DNA of 64,000 nt from an uncultured Alphaproteobacteria bacterium (GTDB lineage Bacteria; Vulcanimicrobiota; Vulcanimicrobiia; Vulcanimicrobiales; Vulcanimicrobiaceae): positions 2,338 to 66,337 of the forward strand of contig CAWBES010000013.1 in NCBI GenBank assembly GCA_963787965.1. The letters are read 5' to 3'. The position numbers and the translations under genes are program-made. Each line of letters starts with the position of its first letter. Position 1 is the stretch's first letter. Shown here one piece after another: positions 6,457 to 16,199 of this stretch. Under the pieces are notes generated by a model. The model had not been told where the DNA came from. It worked only from the letters and a program-made list of their open reading frames with translations, and did no database searches.

Positions 6457-9400
6457 AACTCAAGTCGCTGCGCCTCTTCGGTTTCAAGACGTTTGCCGAA
6501 CAGACCGTGCTGACGTTCGAGCCCGGCATCACCGCGCTCGTCGGTCCCAACGGTTCGGGCAAGTCCAACCTGGTCGATGCGATCCGCTGGGTGCTGGGCG
6601 AGCAGAGCGCGAAGTCGCTGCGATCGTCGAAGACGGAGGACGTGATCTTCGCGGGCAACGAGCGGCGCAAACCGCTCGGCATGGCCGAAGTTGCGCTGAC
6701 CTTCGATAACGCGGATCGCGCGCTCAAACTGGACGCCAGCGAAGTTCAAATAACGCGCCGCGCCTATCGCGCGGGCGAGAGCGAGTTCTTCCTCAACCGC
6801 CAAAGCGTCCGGCTGCGCGACGTGATCGAGCTGCTGATGGGCACGGGCCTGGGCCCCGGCTCGTACGCGATCGTCTCGCAGGGCCAGATCGACGCGATCC
6901 TGGCGGCCAAACCCGCCGACCGCCGCGCGCTCTTCGAGGAGACGGCCGGCATCAACAAATTCCTGGCCCGCAAGAACGAGTCGCTGCGCCGCCTGGACCA
7001 AACCGAACAGAACGGCATCCGCGTCAACGACCTGATCCAGGAAATCGTCGGGCGGATTCCGGAGCTCGAGACGCAAGCGCGGCGCGCGCGCCGCTTTCGC
7101 AAGGCCTTCGCGCGGCTTCGCGACCTCGAGATCCTGTCGTACCTGCGGGCCGGCGCCCTGCGGCGCTCCGAACGCCAAGCGCTGCAGGCCGAACTCGAAG
7201 GTCTGGAGTTCGCGCGCGTGGCCGCCGCCGCCAAAGCGGCGAGCCTGGATGCCGAGCTCGCGTCGCTGCGCACGGATCTGTACGCGCGCGAGCGGGGCCT
7301 CGAGACGCTGCGCGTCGACGCGACGCAAGCGCGCGCGGAGCTGGCCGAGCTCGAAGCGCAGCTGGCGGCCGCCGGCGCGCGGCGCGAAGCCCTGGAGGCG
7401 CAATCGTCGCAGATTACCGGCGACCGCGAGCGGGCCGAAACCGAGCAGCGCGATTTACGGCTGGCCGTCGAGGCCCTCGAGGGCGAGATCGCACCGAAAT
7501 CCGCCGAGCTCGAACGCGAGCGTGGCCGCGAGCGGCAAGCGCAGGAAGCGCTCGCGACGGCGCGCGCCGCGCTCGACCGCATCTTCGCGGCGCTGCGCGA
7601 AGTCGAGGCGGTGGCCGCGGCGGAGGCCGCGAGCGAAGCGGAGCGCCGCGCGCAGCTGGCTGCGACCCAAGCCGACTACGAGCGGCTCGAACGCGAAGCG
7701 TTCGCCCTACGCGAAGACGCGGGAAAACGCAGCGCGCGCCTGGCGTCGCAAGCGCACGAGGCGACGGCGGCAGAGGCCGAACTGGCCGCGCTCGACGAGC
7801 GCGCCGCCGCCGCGCGGGAGGCCGCCTCGGCGGCGGACGAACGAGTCAAAGCCGCCGCGCAGGCCCTGGCCGACGCGCAACACGCCTACCGGGCGGCGAC
7901 GAGCGACCTCGCGAGCACGGAAGCGCGGCTGCACACGATCGAGGAACTCGAGGCGAACCTCGAAGGGCACATTCCGGGCACGCGCGCGATCCTCGAAGCC
8001 GACGCGCGCGGCGAGTTCAGCGGCATCCACGGCGTCGTCTCCAATCTGATTCGCGTCGACGAGCAGTTCGCGCGGGCGCTGGATATCGCGTTCGGCGCTT
8101 CGCTATCGAATATCGTGACCGAGACCGCCGAGGACGCCGAACGCGGGATCGCGTTCTTGCGCTCGCGCGAAGCGGGCCGCGCGACCTTTCTGCCGCTCGA
8201 TACGCTGGGCGCGCGCACCGGCCGCAACGCGAACGAGGTGCCGCGCGAGCGCGGCGTGATCGGCTACGCCCACACGCTCGTGGAACCCGCGGACCCGCGC
8301 TACGCGGGGATCGTCGCGTTTCTCGTCGGGCGTATTCTGATCGTGGAATCGCTCGAGGTCGGCGTTCGGCTCGTGCGCGGCCTCGGGTTCCGGGATGCGA
8401 TCGTGACGCTCGACGGCGACGAGATCCGCGGCGGCGGGGCGATGACCGGCGGCCGTTACAAGCGCGAACGCTCGATACTGTCGCGGCGCGCGCAGGCTCG
8501 CACGCTCTCCGAGGCGCTGCCGCAGTTGCGCGCGCGCTTGGAAGACGCGCAGGCCGCGGCCACGGCGGCCGGCGAGGAAAGCGCGGTTGCGACGCGCGAG
8601 CGCGACGAGGCGCACCGGATCGAAGGCGAGCTCGCGGTCAAGCTGCGCGACGCGTACGCGCTGGTCGAGACGTTGACCGTCGAGCGCCGCCGGTTGGAAG
8701 GCGAGGTCGCGGCGATGCTCGCAAGCGCGGCCGAACGCGATCGCGAAACGGCGGTCGCACGCGAGCGGCTCGCGCTGCTGGACCGCGCCTCGACCGGCGC
8801 CTCGACCGCGGCCGCAGACCGGGAGCGGCTCGAAGCGTCGCTGGCCGAAGCGCGCGAAACGATCGCGCGCGCGCAGGATGCCGAGCGCGCGGTCGCCGCC
8901 GAGATCGCCGCCGCGCGCGAAGCGGTGGCGACCTTGAGCGCGCGGCGCGACGGCGCGACCGCGCGCCTGGGACTGCTCGACGCCGACCGCGAACGTGCCG
9001 CCCGCGCGCGCGCCGCGATGAACGAGGAACTCGAGGCGCTCGCGGCGCGCATCGAGAGCGCCGAGTCGACCCTGGCACGGCTGCGCGAACGTGCGGCCGC
9101 CCTCGAGGCGCGCGATGCGCGGGCGCGGCGCGAACGCGATGCGGCTTTGCTGCGCGCGCAGCAGCTCGACGCCGACGTGCGGCTCGCGCAAGCCGCCGAG
9201 CGCGAGGCGGCGGCGTCCGGGGAAGGCGGGCGCATGCGCCTCGCCGAGATCGACGCGGAACTGGGCATGCTCGCGGCGCAGTTCGCCCAGAACCCGGCGA
9301 CCGCCGAAGAGTGCGCGGACGTCGAAGCGCGCTACGCGGCCGAGCGGGGCGATGTGGCGAGCGAAGTCGCACGCCTGCGCGACGAAATCGCGCGTCTGCA

Positions 9401-10037
9401 AAACGTCAACCTCAACGCCGAAGCCGAAATCGCGGAGCTGGCCGAGCGCGAGCGCTTTCTCAAAGAACAGCTCGACGACCTGGCGCGCGCGCGGGAGACG
9501 CTGCTGGCGTCGATCCGCGAGATCGAAGAGTCGTCGCAAGCGCAGTTCAACGAGACCTTCGCGCTCGTCAAGAGCGCGTTCGAAGACGTTTACGCGCGGC
9601 TCTTTCCGGGCGGTCAAGCCAAGATGTGGCAGACCGAACCCGAGAAGCTCTCGGAGACCGGCATCGAGATCTCCGTGCAGCCGCCGGGCAAGAAGATGAT
9701 GTCGCTCGCGGCCCTCTCGGGCGGCGAGCGCGCGATGGCGGCGTCGGCGCTGATCTTCGCGCTGATCCGGGTGAAGCCGTCGCCGTTTTACTTGCTCGAC
9801 GAAGTCGATGCGGCGCTCGACGACGCCAACGTCGAACGCTTCGCGGGGCTGGTGCGCGAGGTCGGGAGCGAAGCGCAGCTATTGCTCGTCACGCACAACA
9901 AGAAAACGATGGAACTCGCCGAACGCATGTACGGCGTGACGATGGCCGAGCCGGGCATCTCGAATGTGATCGCGGCCGACCTGACGCCGGCCGAACCCGA
10001 ACCCGAACTCGTCGCGGAGCCTGCCCTTGCCGTTTGA
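6453..10037 (+). CDS. smc: Chromosome partition protein SMC
   Basis: GTG 6453 overlaps the rnc stop (GTGA). The N-terminus is LKSLRLFGFKTFAE...GPNGSGKSNLVDAIRWVLGEQS, followed by long coiled coils and a hinge. The C-terminus has LSGGERAMAASALIFAL and FYLLDEVDAALD. Confidence 0.95.
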   Translation: MKLKSLRLFGFKTFAEQTVLTFEPGITALVGPNGSGKSNLVDAIRWVLGEQSAKSLRSSKTEDVIFAGNERRKPLGMAEVALTFDNADRALKLDASEVQITRRAYRAGESEFFLNRQSVRLRDVIELLMGTGLGPGSYAIVSQGQIDAILAAKPADRRALFEETAGINKFLARKNESLRRLDQTEQNGIRVNDLIQEIVGRIPELETQARRARRFRKAFARLRDLEILSYLRAGALRRSERQALQAELEGLEFARVAAAAKAASLDAELASLRTDLYARERGLETLRVDATQARAELAELEAQLAAAGARREALEAQSSQITGDRERAETEQRDLRLAVEALEGEIAPKSAELERERGRERQAQEALATARAALDRIFAALREVEAVAAAEAASEAERRAQLAATQADYERLEREAFALREDAGKRSARLASQAHEATAAEAELAALDERAAAAREAASAADERVKAAAQALADAQHAYRAATSDLASTEARLHTIEELEANLEGHIPGTRAILEADARGEFSGIHGVVSNLIRVDEQFARALDIAFGASLSNIVTETAEDAERGIAFLRSREAGRATFLPLDTLGARTGRNANEVPRERGVIGYAHTLVEPADPRYAGIVAFLVGRILIVESLEVGVRLVRGLGFRDAIVTLDGDEIRGGGAMTGGRYKRERSILSRRAQARTLSEALPQLRARLEDAQAAATAAGEESAVATRERDEAHRIEGELAVKLRDAYALVETLTVERRRLEGEVAAMLASAAERDRETAVARERLALLDRASTGASTAAADRERLEASLAEARETIARAQDAERAVAAEIAAAREAVATLSARRDGATARLGLLDADRERAARARAAMNEELEALAARIESAESTLARLRERAAALEARDARARRERDAALLRAQQLDADVRLAQAAEREAAASGEGGRMRLAEIDAELGMLAAQFAQNPATAEECADVEARYAAERGDVASEVARLRDEIARLQNVNLNAEAEIAELAERERFLKEQLDDLARARETLLASIREIEESSQAQFNETFALVKSAFEDVYARLFPGGQAKMWQTEPEKLSETGIEISVQPPGKKMMSLAALSGGERAMAASALIFALIRVKPSPFYLLDEVDAALDDANVERFAGLVREVGSEAQLLLVTHNKKTMELAERMYGVTMAEPGISNVIAADLTPAEPEPELVAEPALAV

Positions 10038-11577
10038 ATCCGGGCGCGAAGCCGCGCTCTTCTCCGTCTACGACCGCACGGGGGTCGTCGAGCTCGCCCG
10101 CCGTCTCGCCGCGCGAGGCACGCCGATCTTCGCGACCGGGGGTACGCGCGCGCACTTGGTCGAGCACGGCATCGAGGCGCGCGACGTCGGCGAGCTCACC
10201 GGATTCCCGTCGCTCTTCGACGGCCGCGTCAAGACGCTGCACCCGCGGGTGTTCGGCGCGATCCTGGCCGACCGCCGCAACCCCGCGCACCTCGCGGAGG
10301 CGCAGAAGCACGGCGTCCCGACGATCTCGACGGTCGTCGTCAACCTCTACCCCTTCGAGACCACGGTCGCGCGCGAGGGCGCGACGCTCGAAGAAGCGGT
10401 CGAGCAGATCGATATCGGCGGGGTCGCGCTGATTCGCGCCGCCGCGAAGAACTTCGAGTACGTGACGGTGCTGGTCGATCCCGACCAGTACGACGCGATC
10501 GGCATCGGCGACGAGCCGACGGACCTTGCGACGCGGCGGCTGCTCGCGACGCGCGCCTTCGAGCGCACCGCGGAATACGACTCGTCGATCGCGCGTTATC
10601 TCGAAGCCGGCTTGCTCGCGCACGAGTTGCCGGGTTCGCTCGCGCTGACGTTGCCGCTGGCGACGCCGCTGCGCTACGGCGAGAACCCCCAATCCCGCGC
10701 GGCCTTCTACCTCTCGCGCACGGAGCATCTGCCCGAGCAGCTCGGCGGCAAGGCCCTCTCGTACAACAACCTGCTCGATCTCGACGCGACGTTGCGCCTG
10801 CTCGTGCGCGAGGTTCCGGGTGCGGCCGAGGGCGTGGTGCGCGCGGCCATCGTCAAGCACACGGTCCCGTGCGGCGTGGCGGAACGCGCGAACGCGAGCG
10901 AGGCCGTCGCTGCGGCGCTGGCGGCCGATCCCGTTTCCGCCTTCGGCGGCATCATCGCGCTCGACGGCCGGGTCGACCTCGCGACCGCCGAAGCGTTAGC
11001 TGAATTTTTCCTCGAAATCGTCGCGGCGCCCGCGTTCGACGACGACGCGTTCGCGCGCCTGCAGCGCAAGAAGAACCTGCGCATCATTCGGTACGATCCG
11101 CGCCTACCGGACCGGCTCGCGCGCGAACTGCGCGTGCGCAGCGCGCTCGGCGGCGTACTGGCCGAAGACGACGATCCGGCCGCAACGCCCGAGCGCTGGC
11201 AGGTCGTCTCGCGCAAGCAGCCGACGGAGGCGGAGTGGCGCGATCTGCGTTTCGCTTGGGACGTCGTGCGCCACGTGAAGTCCAACGGCGTCGTCGTCGT
11301 GCGCGACGGCATCACGCGCGGGATTTGCGCGGGTCAGACCAATCGCGTGAGCGCGGTCCGCATCGCCGGCTCGCGCGCCGAAGCGTTCGCACGCGGTGCG
11401 GCGTGCGCGAGCGACGGCTTCTTTCCGTTCGCGGACGGTCTCGAAGCGGCCGCGGAGACCGGCTGTACCGCCGTGATCGCGCCGTCGGGGTCCATTCGCG
11501 ACGAGCACGTCGTCGCCGCGGCCGACCGGCTGGGGATCGCGCTGGTCTTCTCGACTCACCGCTATTTCTTGCATTGA
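10027..11577 (+). CDS. purH: Bifunctional AICAR transformylase / IMP cyclohydrolase
   Basis: ALFSVYDRTG...FATGGTRAHL...DGRVKTLHPRVFGAILA is present, with a C-terminal FFPFADGL...IAPSGSIRD...FSTHRYFLH. The TTG start overlaps the smc stop. Confidence 0.95.
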   Translation: MPFESGREAALFSVYDRTGVVELARRLAARGTPIFATGGTRAHLVEHGIEARDVGELTGFPSLFDGRVKTLHPRVFGAILADRRNPAHLAEAQKHGVPTISTVVVNLYPFETTVAREGATLEEAVEQIDIGGVALIRAAAKNFEYVTVLVDPDQYDAIGIGDEPTDLATRRLLATRAFERTAEYDSSIARYLEAGLLAHELPGSLALTLPLATPLRYGENPQSRAAFYLSRTEHLPEQLGGKALSYNNLLDLDATLRLLVREVPGAAEGVVRAAIVKHTVPCGVAERANASEAVAAALAADPVSAFGGIIALDGRVDLATAEALAEFFLEIVAAPAFDDDAFARLQRKKNLRIIRYDPRLPDRLARELRVRSALGGVLAEDDDPAATPERWQVVSRKQPTEAEWRDLRFAWDVVRHVKSNGVVVVRDGITRGICAGQTNRVSAVRIAGSRAEAFARGAACASDGFFPFADGLEAAAETGCTAVIAPSGSIRDEHVVAAADRLGIALVFSTHRYFLH

Positions 11578-11579
11578 CG

Positions 11580-11596
11580 CGCGCGGTCGCCGCGCG
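11580..11596. terminator. GC hairpin between convergent purH and SLT genes
   Basis: CGCGCGG tcg CCGCGCG forms a 7-bp stem. There is no clear U tract on either strand. Confidence 0.25.
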
Positions 11597-11611
11597 GGCG
11601 CGTTCGTCCCT

Positions 11612-12250
11612 TTAGCGGACGCCCCAGTATGCGGCTTCGGCGCGCTCGAAGTCGCGGACGGGGTCGGCCGGCTGGTCGTCGAGGTCTGCCACGTTGCCGA
11701 GGCGCGCGCGTACCGAGCGCCACGCCAGCAACACTTTTCCGACGTAGCTACGCGTTTCTCCGTACGGCGGGACGCCGCCGTAGCTCTTGACCGCGTAAGG
11801 GCCGGCGTTGTAACCTGCGATCGCTTCGCGCAGCGGTTCGCGCGCTTCGCTGAAGAGCGCCAGTAAGCGGTGCAGGTACATCGCGGTTCCGCGCAGGTTC
11901 GCGCTCGGAGAGCGCGGGTTGACGCCCAGGTCGTGCGCCGTGTCGGGTTCGAGCTGTCCCAGTCCTTCCGCGCCGCGATCGGAAACGGCGCCGGCGTCCC
12001 AGTGCGATTCGACCGTGACGACGGCCATCATCAATGTCGGATCGACGTGCATCCGGCGCGCACTGGTAAGTAGCGCCGACGCATACGCGAGGCTCTTGCT
12101 TTCGGGGAGCCTCGGGTTGATCGTTCGCATCACCGAGGCGTAACTGTCTCGAGCGGTTACGTTGCGTTCGACCGCGAGACACGGCATCGCGGACGAGAGG
12201 ACGAACGCCGACGCAAGCATCGCTCTGAACGTTCGGGCGGCGCAGTGCAT
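11612..12250 (-). CDS. Lytic transglycosylase (SLT domain), secreted
   Basis: An N-terminal signal-like segment is followed by VVTVESHWDAGAVSDRGAEGLGQL and GYNAGPYAV. Confidence 0.8.
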   Translation of the reverse strand: MHCAARTFRAMLASAFVLSSAMPCLAVERNVTARDSYASVMRTINPRLPESKSLAYASALLTSARRMHVDPTLMMAVVTVESHWDAGAVSDRGAEGLGQLEPDTAHDLGVNPRSPSANLRGTAMYLHRLLALFSEAREPLREAIAGYNAGPYAVKSYGGVPPYGETRSYVGKVLLAWRSVRARLGNVADLDDQPADPVRDFERAEAAYWGVR

Positions 12251-12306
12251 GGCGCGGTTGTTCGCAACCGCGCGACGTCACCCTTTCAGCGCTTGACCAA
12301 CGCGTA

Positions 12307-13989
12307 TTAACGCCGTCCGGGCACCGGCTCGCCGACTTCGTGCTGCAACAAATCTTCACGTGCCGGCAACGCGCGCACGCGCTCTTGCTGAAGACCGGTC
12401 GAGCGAACGTATAGCGGGTACGAGCGCGCAGCTGATACCGACGTGTCCACGCTCGCACCGTGCGTTGCGAGCGGTTCCGCGACCGGCGTGTACTCGAGCG
12501 ATCCCGCGTGTGCCCATTGCGTACTGCGTACGACGCGATCGCTCGCAGCAGAGACGGGCGTGCTCTCGCGTTCGACCGGTATCGCGTACGGCCCGTGCGG
12601 CGCGCTTCCGTCGATGACCTGCACGGCGTGCGCCGGATACGGATACGATAAGCGCACGGCGTTCTCGACGGCGCGCCGTTCGTTTTGAAATGAAGCGCCC
12701 GTCGACGGAACGATCGGCAGGACGCCGGTCACGGGCGCCACGCGCGCCAGTTGCGGCGCCGTCGCCGCTCGCACGCGCTCGAAGTTTCCGGCGCGAAAAT
12801 CGGTACGGCTGATGGTGGACGTTGCGCTCGGTGCGAGCGCGTTGCGGTAGCGCTTCGAGATATCGGTACGGTACTCGTCGATCGTAACGCTGTCGACGAC
12901 CGCCGCGCCGTGGGAGCGATAGGCGGCTCCCCACCACGGATGAAGCGGTTCGTTCGGCGCGAGCGGCAACCAGCCGATGTCGCTGCCCGGGAGTTCGCCG
13001 AAGGAAAGAAACGTGACGAGGCCCGGCTGGTAGACGATCCCGGTGCGTGCGCCGGGCGCCCAGCACCAGCCGCGTCCGCTCGCGTAAAACCAGCGGCCGT
13101 AGTGGTACGGCGCCCAGCCCCAGCGTTCGCTGCCGATCCAGGTCCAGCCGTAGTACGGGGCCCACAGCCAGCGACCGTAACGGTACGGCGCCCAGCCGGC
13201 GGGCTGATCCGTCGGAACCCAGACGTCGCCGTAACTCGCCACGTCGGTCCAGGTGCCGTATTGGTCCAGCGCGTCCGCGCCCAGCATGCCGTCGCCGGCA
13301 TACGCGGCACCCGGCGAGCCCGCGTCGCCGTCGTCGAATTGCGTGTCGCGGCTGTCGGACCAGCGGTCGAAATCGTCGTCCTCCTCCGCCGCCACCGCAG
13401 TGAAGTGCGCCGCCGCACCTTGGCCGGCGACCAGAACCGTCGAACCCGGTAGGGCGATTTCCGCGTCGTCCGGGGCGATCGCGTCGGCCAGACCGGAGCG
13501 CGCCGTCACCTCGGTGCTGCCGTCGTTCCCCACCGTGACGCGGTAGCGCCCGCCTTCGGCGGGAACGACCGCCACCGCCGGCGTGTCGATTTCGGGCCGC
13601 GCCCCGGGAGCGTCCGGGAGGCTGAGCTCCACCGTTCCCCGAGCGAGCTGCACGCAGGCGCGGCGGCCGTCGAGGCGCGTGAAGCGAATCTGCGTGTCCG
13701 GCGCGACGCGCACCAGCGCACCGTACGAAAGCTCGATTTCCGCGCGGGCGCCGTCGCCTGTGCCCAGCTGGTCCCCGGCGGCGACGGGCGCGTTGAGCGA
13801 GGCGGCGAAGGTCTCGCCGGAATCGGCGCGGCGGACGTCCACGTTTCCGGTAAGGTCGCTGATGCGCGCAACTCCGGGAGCGGCCGAGCCGCCGTCGTCC
13901 GCACGCGCCGGCGCGCCGGCGAGCAGCAGGCAGAGCGCCGCCGTCGCGGCCGGCACGGCTGGGAAGAACCGGGTTGCTTCGAGTTTCAT
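12307..13989 (-). CDS. FecR-domain / Trp-Gly-rich repeat (DUF6600-like) secreted protein
   Basis: The internal ATG at 13989 (CAT 13987-13989) opens MKLEATRFFPAVPAATAALCLLLAGAPARA (signal). A FecR-like GNVDVRRADSGE...GDQLGTGDGARAEI block follows, then WAPYRYGRWLWAPYYGWTWIG..RWGWAPYHYGRWFY repeats. The track ORF's upstream 164 codons overlap the VOC gene on the other strand. Confidence 0.7.
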   Translation of the reverse strand: MKLEATRFFPAVPAATAALCLLLAGAPARADDGGSAAPGVARISDLTGNVDVRRADSGETFAASLNAPVAAGDQLGTGDGARAEIELSYGALVRVAPDTQIRFTRLDGRRACVQLARGTVELSLPDAPGARPEIDTPAVAVVPAEGGRYRVTVGNDGSTEVTARSGLADAIAPDDAEIALPGSTVLVAGQGAAAHFTAVAAEEDDDFDRWSDSRDTQFDDGDAGSPGAAYAGDGMLGADALDQYGTWTDVASYGDVWVPTDQPAGWAPYRYGRWLWAPYYGWTWIGSERWGWAPYHYGRWFYASGRGWCWAPGARTGIVYQPGLVTFLSFGELPGSDIGWLPLAPNEPLHPWWGAAYRSHGAAVVDSVTIDEYRTDISKRYRNALAPSATSTISRTDFRAGNFERVRAATAPQLARVAPVTGVLPIVPSTGASFQNERRAVENAVRLSYPYPAHAVQVIDGSAPHGPYAIPVERESTPVSAASDRVVRSTQWAHAGSLEYTPVAEPLATHGASVDTSVSAARSYPLYVRSTGLQQERVRALPAREDLLQHEVGEPVPGRR

Positions 13990-14073
13990 TCGGCGCGCGG
14001 CGTCCTCCGTCCGGAGACTACGAGTATACGCGCGGAGCGGGAAAACGGCACGCGTCGGGCGCAAGCACCGGCC

Positions 14074-14466
14074 ATGCCGCGCTACTTGCATACCTCGATT
14101 TTCGTGAGCGACATGGCCGCCTCGATCGAGTTCTACACGCAGCGGCTGGGGCTGAAGCTGCTCGACGGGCCGCTGCACTATCCGGGAAACGCCGATATGG
14201 CCTTCGTGGGTGCCGACTGGAACTCGTACATCGAGCTGGTGTACGACCTCGAAGACCACCCGCCGTACCGGCTCGGGAACCGCTACGAGCACCTCGCCGT
14301 CGAGGTCGACGGCGACCTTCCCGCCGTGATCGCGAACCTCGAAGCGGCCGGAGTCAAGATTCTCACTCGCCCGAAGAAAGCTCCGGGCGGGTCGCGCTGG
14401 ATCGCGTTCGTCGAAGACCCGAACGGAATTCCCGTCGAACTGCTCGAGCCGCGCGCGGACCGCTAA
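14074..14466 (+). CDS. VOC family protein (glyoxalase I-like)
   Basis: YLHTSIFVSDMAASIEFYTQRLGLKL...YEHLAVEVD...IAFVEDPNGIPVELLE is present. Confidence 0.8.
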   Translation: MPRYLHTSIFVSDMAASIEFYTQRLGLKLLDGPLHYPGNADMAFVGADWNSYIELVYDLEDHPPYRLGNRYEHLAVEVDGDLPAVIANLEAAGVKILTRPKKAPGGSRWIAFVEDPNGIPVELLEPRADR

Positions 14467-14732
14467 GCGAAACGCCGGCAAAGCGGCACGGTGAACGACC
14501 GCATGCCGTCTTCGCTCGGCTTTCGAACGGGTGGTTGCTTCGATTCCGCCGCCGCTGCGTTTGCCGCGACGCGGCGCTTAACCCTGCTCGCTGCGAACCG
14601 ATTGTCTTTATAGACGACGCTCGCCGTTGTCGCACGCCGAGCGTCGCTATCGATCTCCCAACGCACGAGTGCCGGCGCATCACGTCCTCGTCGGCCACCA
14701 ATCATCCACAGTAATGAAAAGACAGGAAAGCA

Positions 14733-15230
14733 ATGAAACGCAGCATCATCGCGCTGGCCGCAGCAGCGCTCGCCGTCGGCGCACTTTCCGTCGCGCCGCG
14801 CAACGCCGAGGCCACGCTGCCGAATACCGGGAAGATCCACCTCAACGTCAATTACCCGCTCTATTTCAGCATCACCGGCACGACGAACGTCAATTATCCG
14901 GACTGGAACGGCCGGCCGGACGCCAGCCAGAGCTTCATCGTCGGGGTCACCTCGAACGGCAACGGCGACCAGCCGTACGACTTCACGTTCACCTCGCCCA
15001 ACGCTTCGGGAAACGCCTTCCACCTCACCAACCAGAGCGACGAGGGCGTGGGCTTCGTCTACAGCTTCAAACAAGCAAGCGACTCGTCAATGTACGTTCC
15101 CGGTGTTGCCGGACCTAGCCAAACCAGACTCGGCAGGAGCAGGTTTATCGTATACCTGGGCCGGGCGCCTGAAGCCGGCGACTACACCGACACGCTCACC
15201 GTGACCGTGAACCCCACGATACGCAACTGA
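14733..15230 (+). CDS. Putative pilin, spore-coat-U (SCPU)/CsuA/B-like, Cys-free
   Basis: It has a signal peptide (AEA cleavage) and a C-terminal GDYTDTLTVTVNP that resembles the GDYKDTLLVTVNF end of CsuA/B-type subunits. It is the first gene of the chaperone-usher cluster. Confidence 0.6.
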   Translation: MKRSIIALAAAALAVGALSVAPRNAEATLPNTGKIHLNVNYPLYFSITGTTNVNYPDWNGRPDASQSFIVGVTSNGNGDQPYDFTFTSPNASGNAFHLTNQSDEGVGFVYSFKQASDSSMYVPGVAGPSQTRLGRSRFIVYLGRAPEAGDYTDTLTVTVNPTIRN

Positions 15231-15240
15231 CCCGTGGTCC

Positions 15241-15269
15241 GGCCGGCGCGCCTACGCTCGCGCCCGGCC
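15241..15269 (+). terminator. GC-rich hairpin (attenuator-like) between pilin and chaperone genes
   Basis: GGCCGGCGCG (15241-15250) pairs with CGCGCCCGGCC (15259-15269) as 10 bp with one bulge. There is no U tract. Confidence 0.3.
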
Positions 15270-15422
15270 GCCCGCAGCTCCTAATAACCGAGCAAAATGC
15301 TCACAGAACGCGTAACAGCAGTTAAGCGTCATTATTCCTGGTTCGCCGCACGAGGCGCCCGGCGAGAAAGAGCGGGAGAACATGATACGCGAGATCGCCG
15401 CAGCCGAGCGGGGGACGAACGC

Positions 15423-16199
15423 GTGACGGCTTCGACGCGCACGTGCCTGCGGCACGCGGTGCCCTTTGCCGCCGCGGTCGCGCTGGTGCTGGGCAGCGCG
15501 AGCGGTGCGAGGGCCGAAGGCTTTGAGTTCTTTCCCCTGGTCGTCGATCTGACGGCCGCCGAGCACGTGGGTTCGATCACGCTGCGAAATCCCGGCGACG
15601 TCCCGCTCCGGCTCGAAGCTCAGGCCTACCGCTGGACGCAGCGAGCCGACGGACGCCCTGCACTCGATCCCAGCAACGACTTGATCGTCTTTCCGCAGCT
15701 GCTCACGGTCCCGCCCCACGATCAGCGCAACATTCGGGTGGCGACGACCGACCCACCGGCCGCGCTCGAGTCGACGTTCAAGGTCTCGATCACGGAGATC
15801 GGCAGCTTCTCGGCCCCCGCCACGCGCGGCGCGGGTATCGCGCTGCAGTTACGGACGGACGTACCGGTGTTCGTCGCTCCGGCGGTCGAGCGCCGGGCCG
15901 GCGCGATCGCCGCTGCCGGCGTTCGGGACCGGACGGTCAGTTTCGCCGTCGTCAACTCCGGCACGCTTCACTTCGTCGCCAAGGACGTCCGCGTGACCGG
16001 CTTCGGTGCGGACGCCCGCCCGCTCTTTTCGACGCAACTCGAGAGCGGCGAAGTGCTGGCCGGCGCGAAGCGGGAGTACCGCCTCGACGTGTCGCGTCAG
16101 CAGTGCGGCGCGCTGCGCGCGGTGTCGATGACGCTCGAAGCGGGCGATCAGCAGCTCACCCACATGCTCGAGGTTCCAGCCGGCTCTTGCGGTGTGTAG
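15423..16199 (+). CDS. Pilus assembly periplasmic chaperone (PapD/CsuC-like)
   Basis: GTG 15423 opens a signal peptide (RHAVPFAAAVALVLGSASGARA). A two-domain beta-rich body follows (ITLRNPGDVPLRLEAQAYRW...LIVFPQLLTVPP..QRNIRV). The position between pilin and usher supports the call. Confidence 0.65.
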   Translation: MTASTRTCLRHAVPFAAAVALVLGSASGARAEGFEFFPLVVDLTAAEHVGSITLRNPGDVPLRLEAQAYRWTQRADGRPALDPSNDLIVFPQLLTVPPHDQRNIRVATTDPPAALESTFKVSITEIGSFSAPATRGAGIALQLRTDVPVFVAPAVERRAGAIAAAGVRDRTVSFAVVNSGTLHFVAKDVRVTGFGADARPLFSTQLESGEVLAGAKREYRLDVSRQQCGALRAVSMTLEAGDQQLTHMLEVPAGSCGV

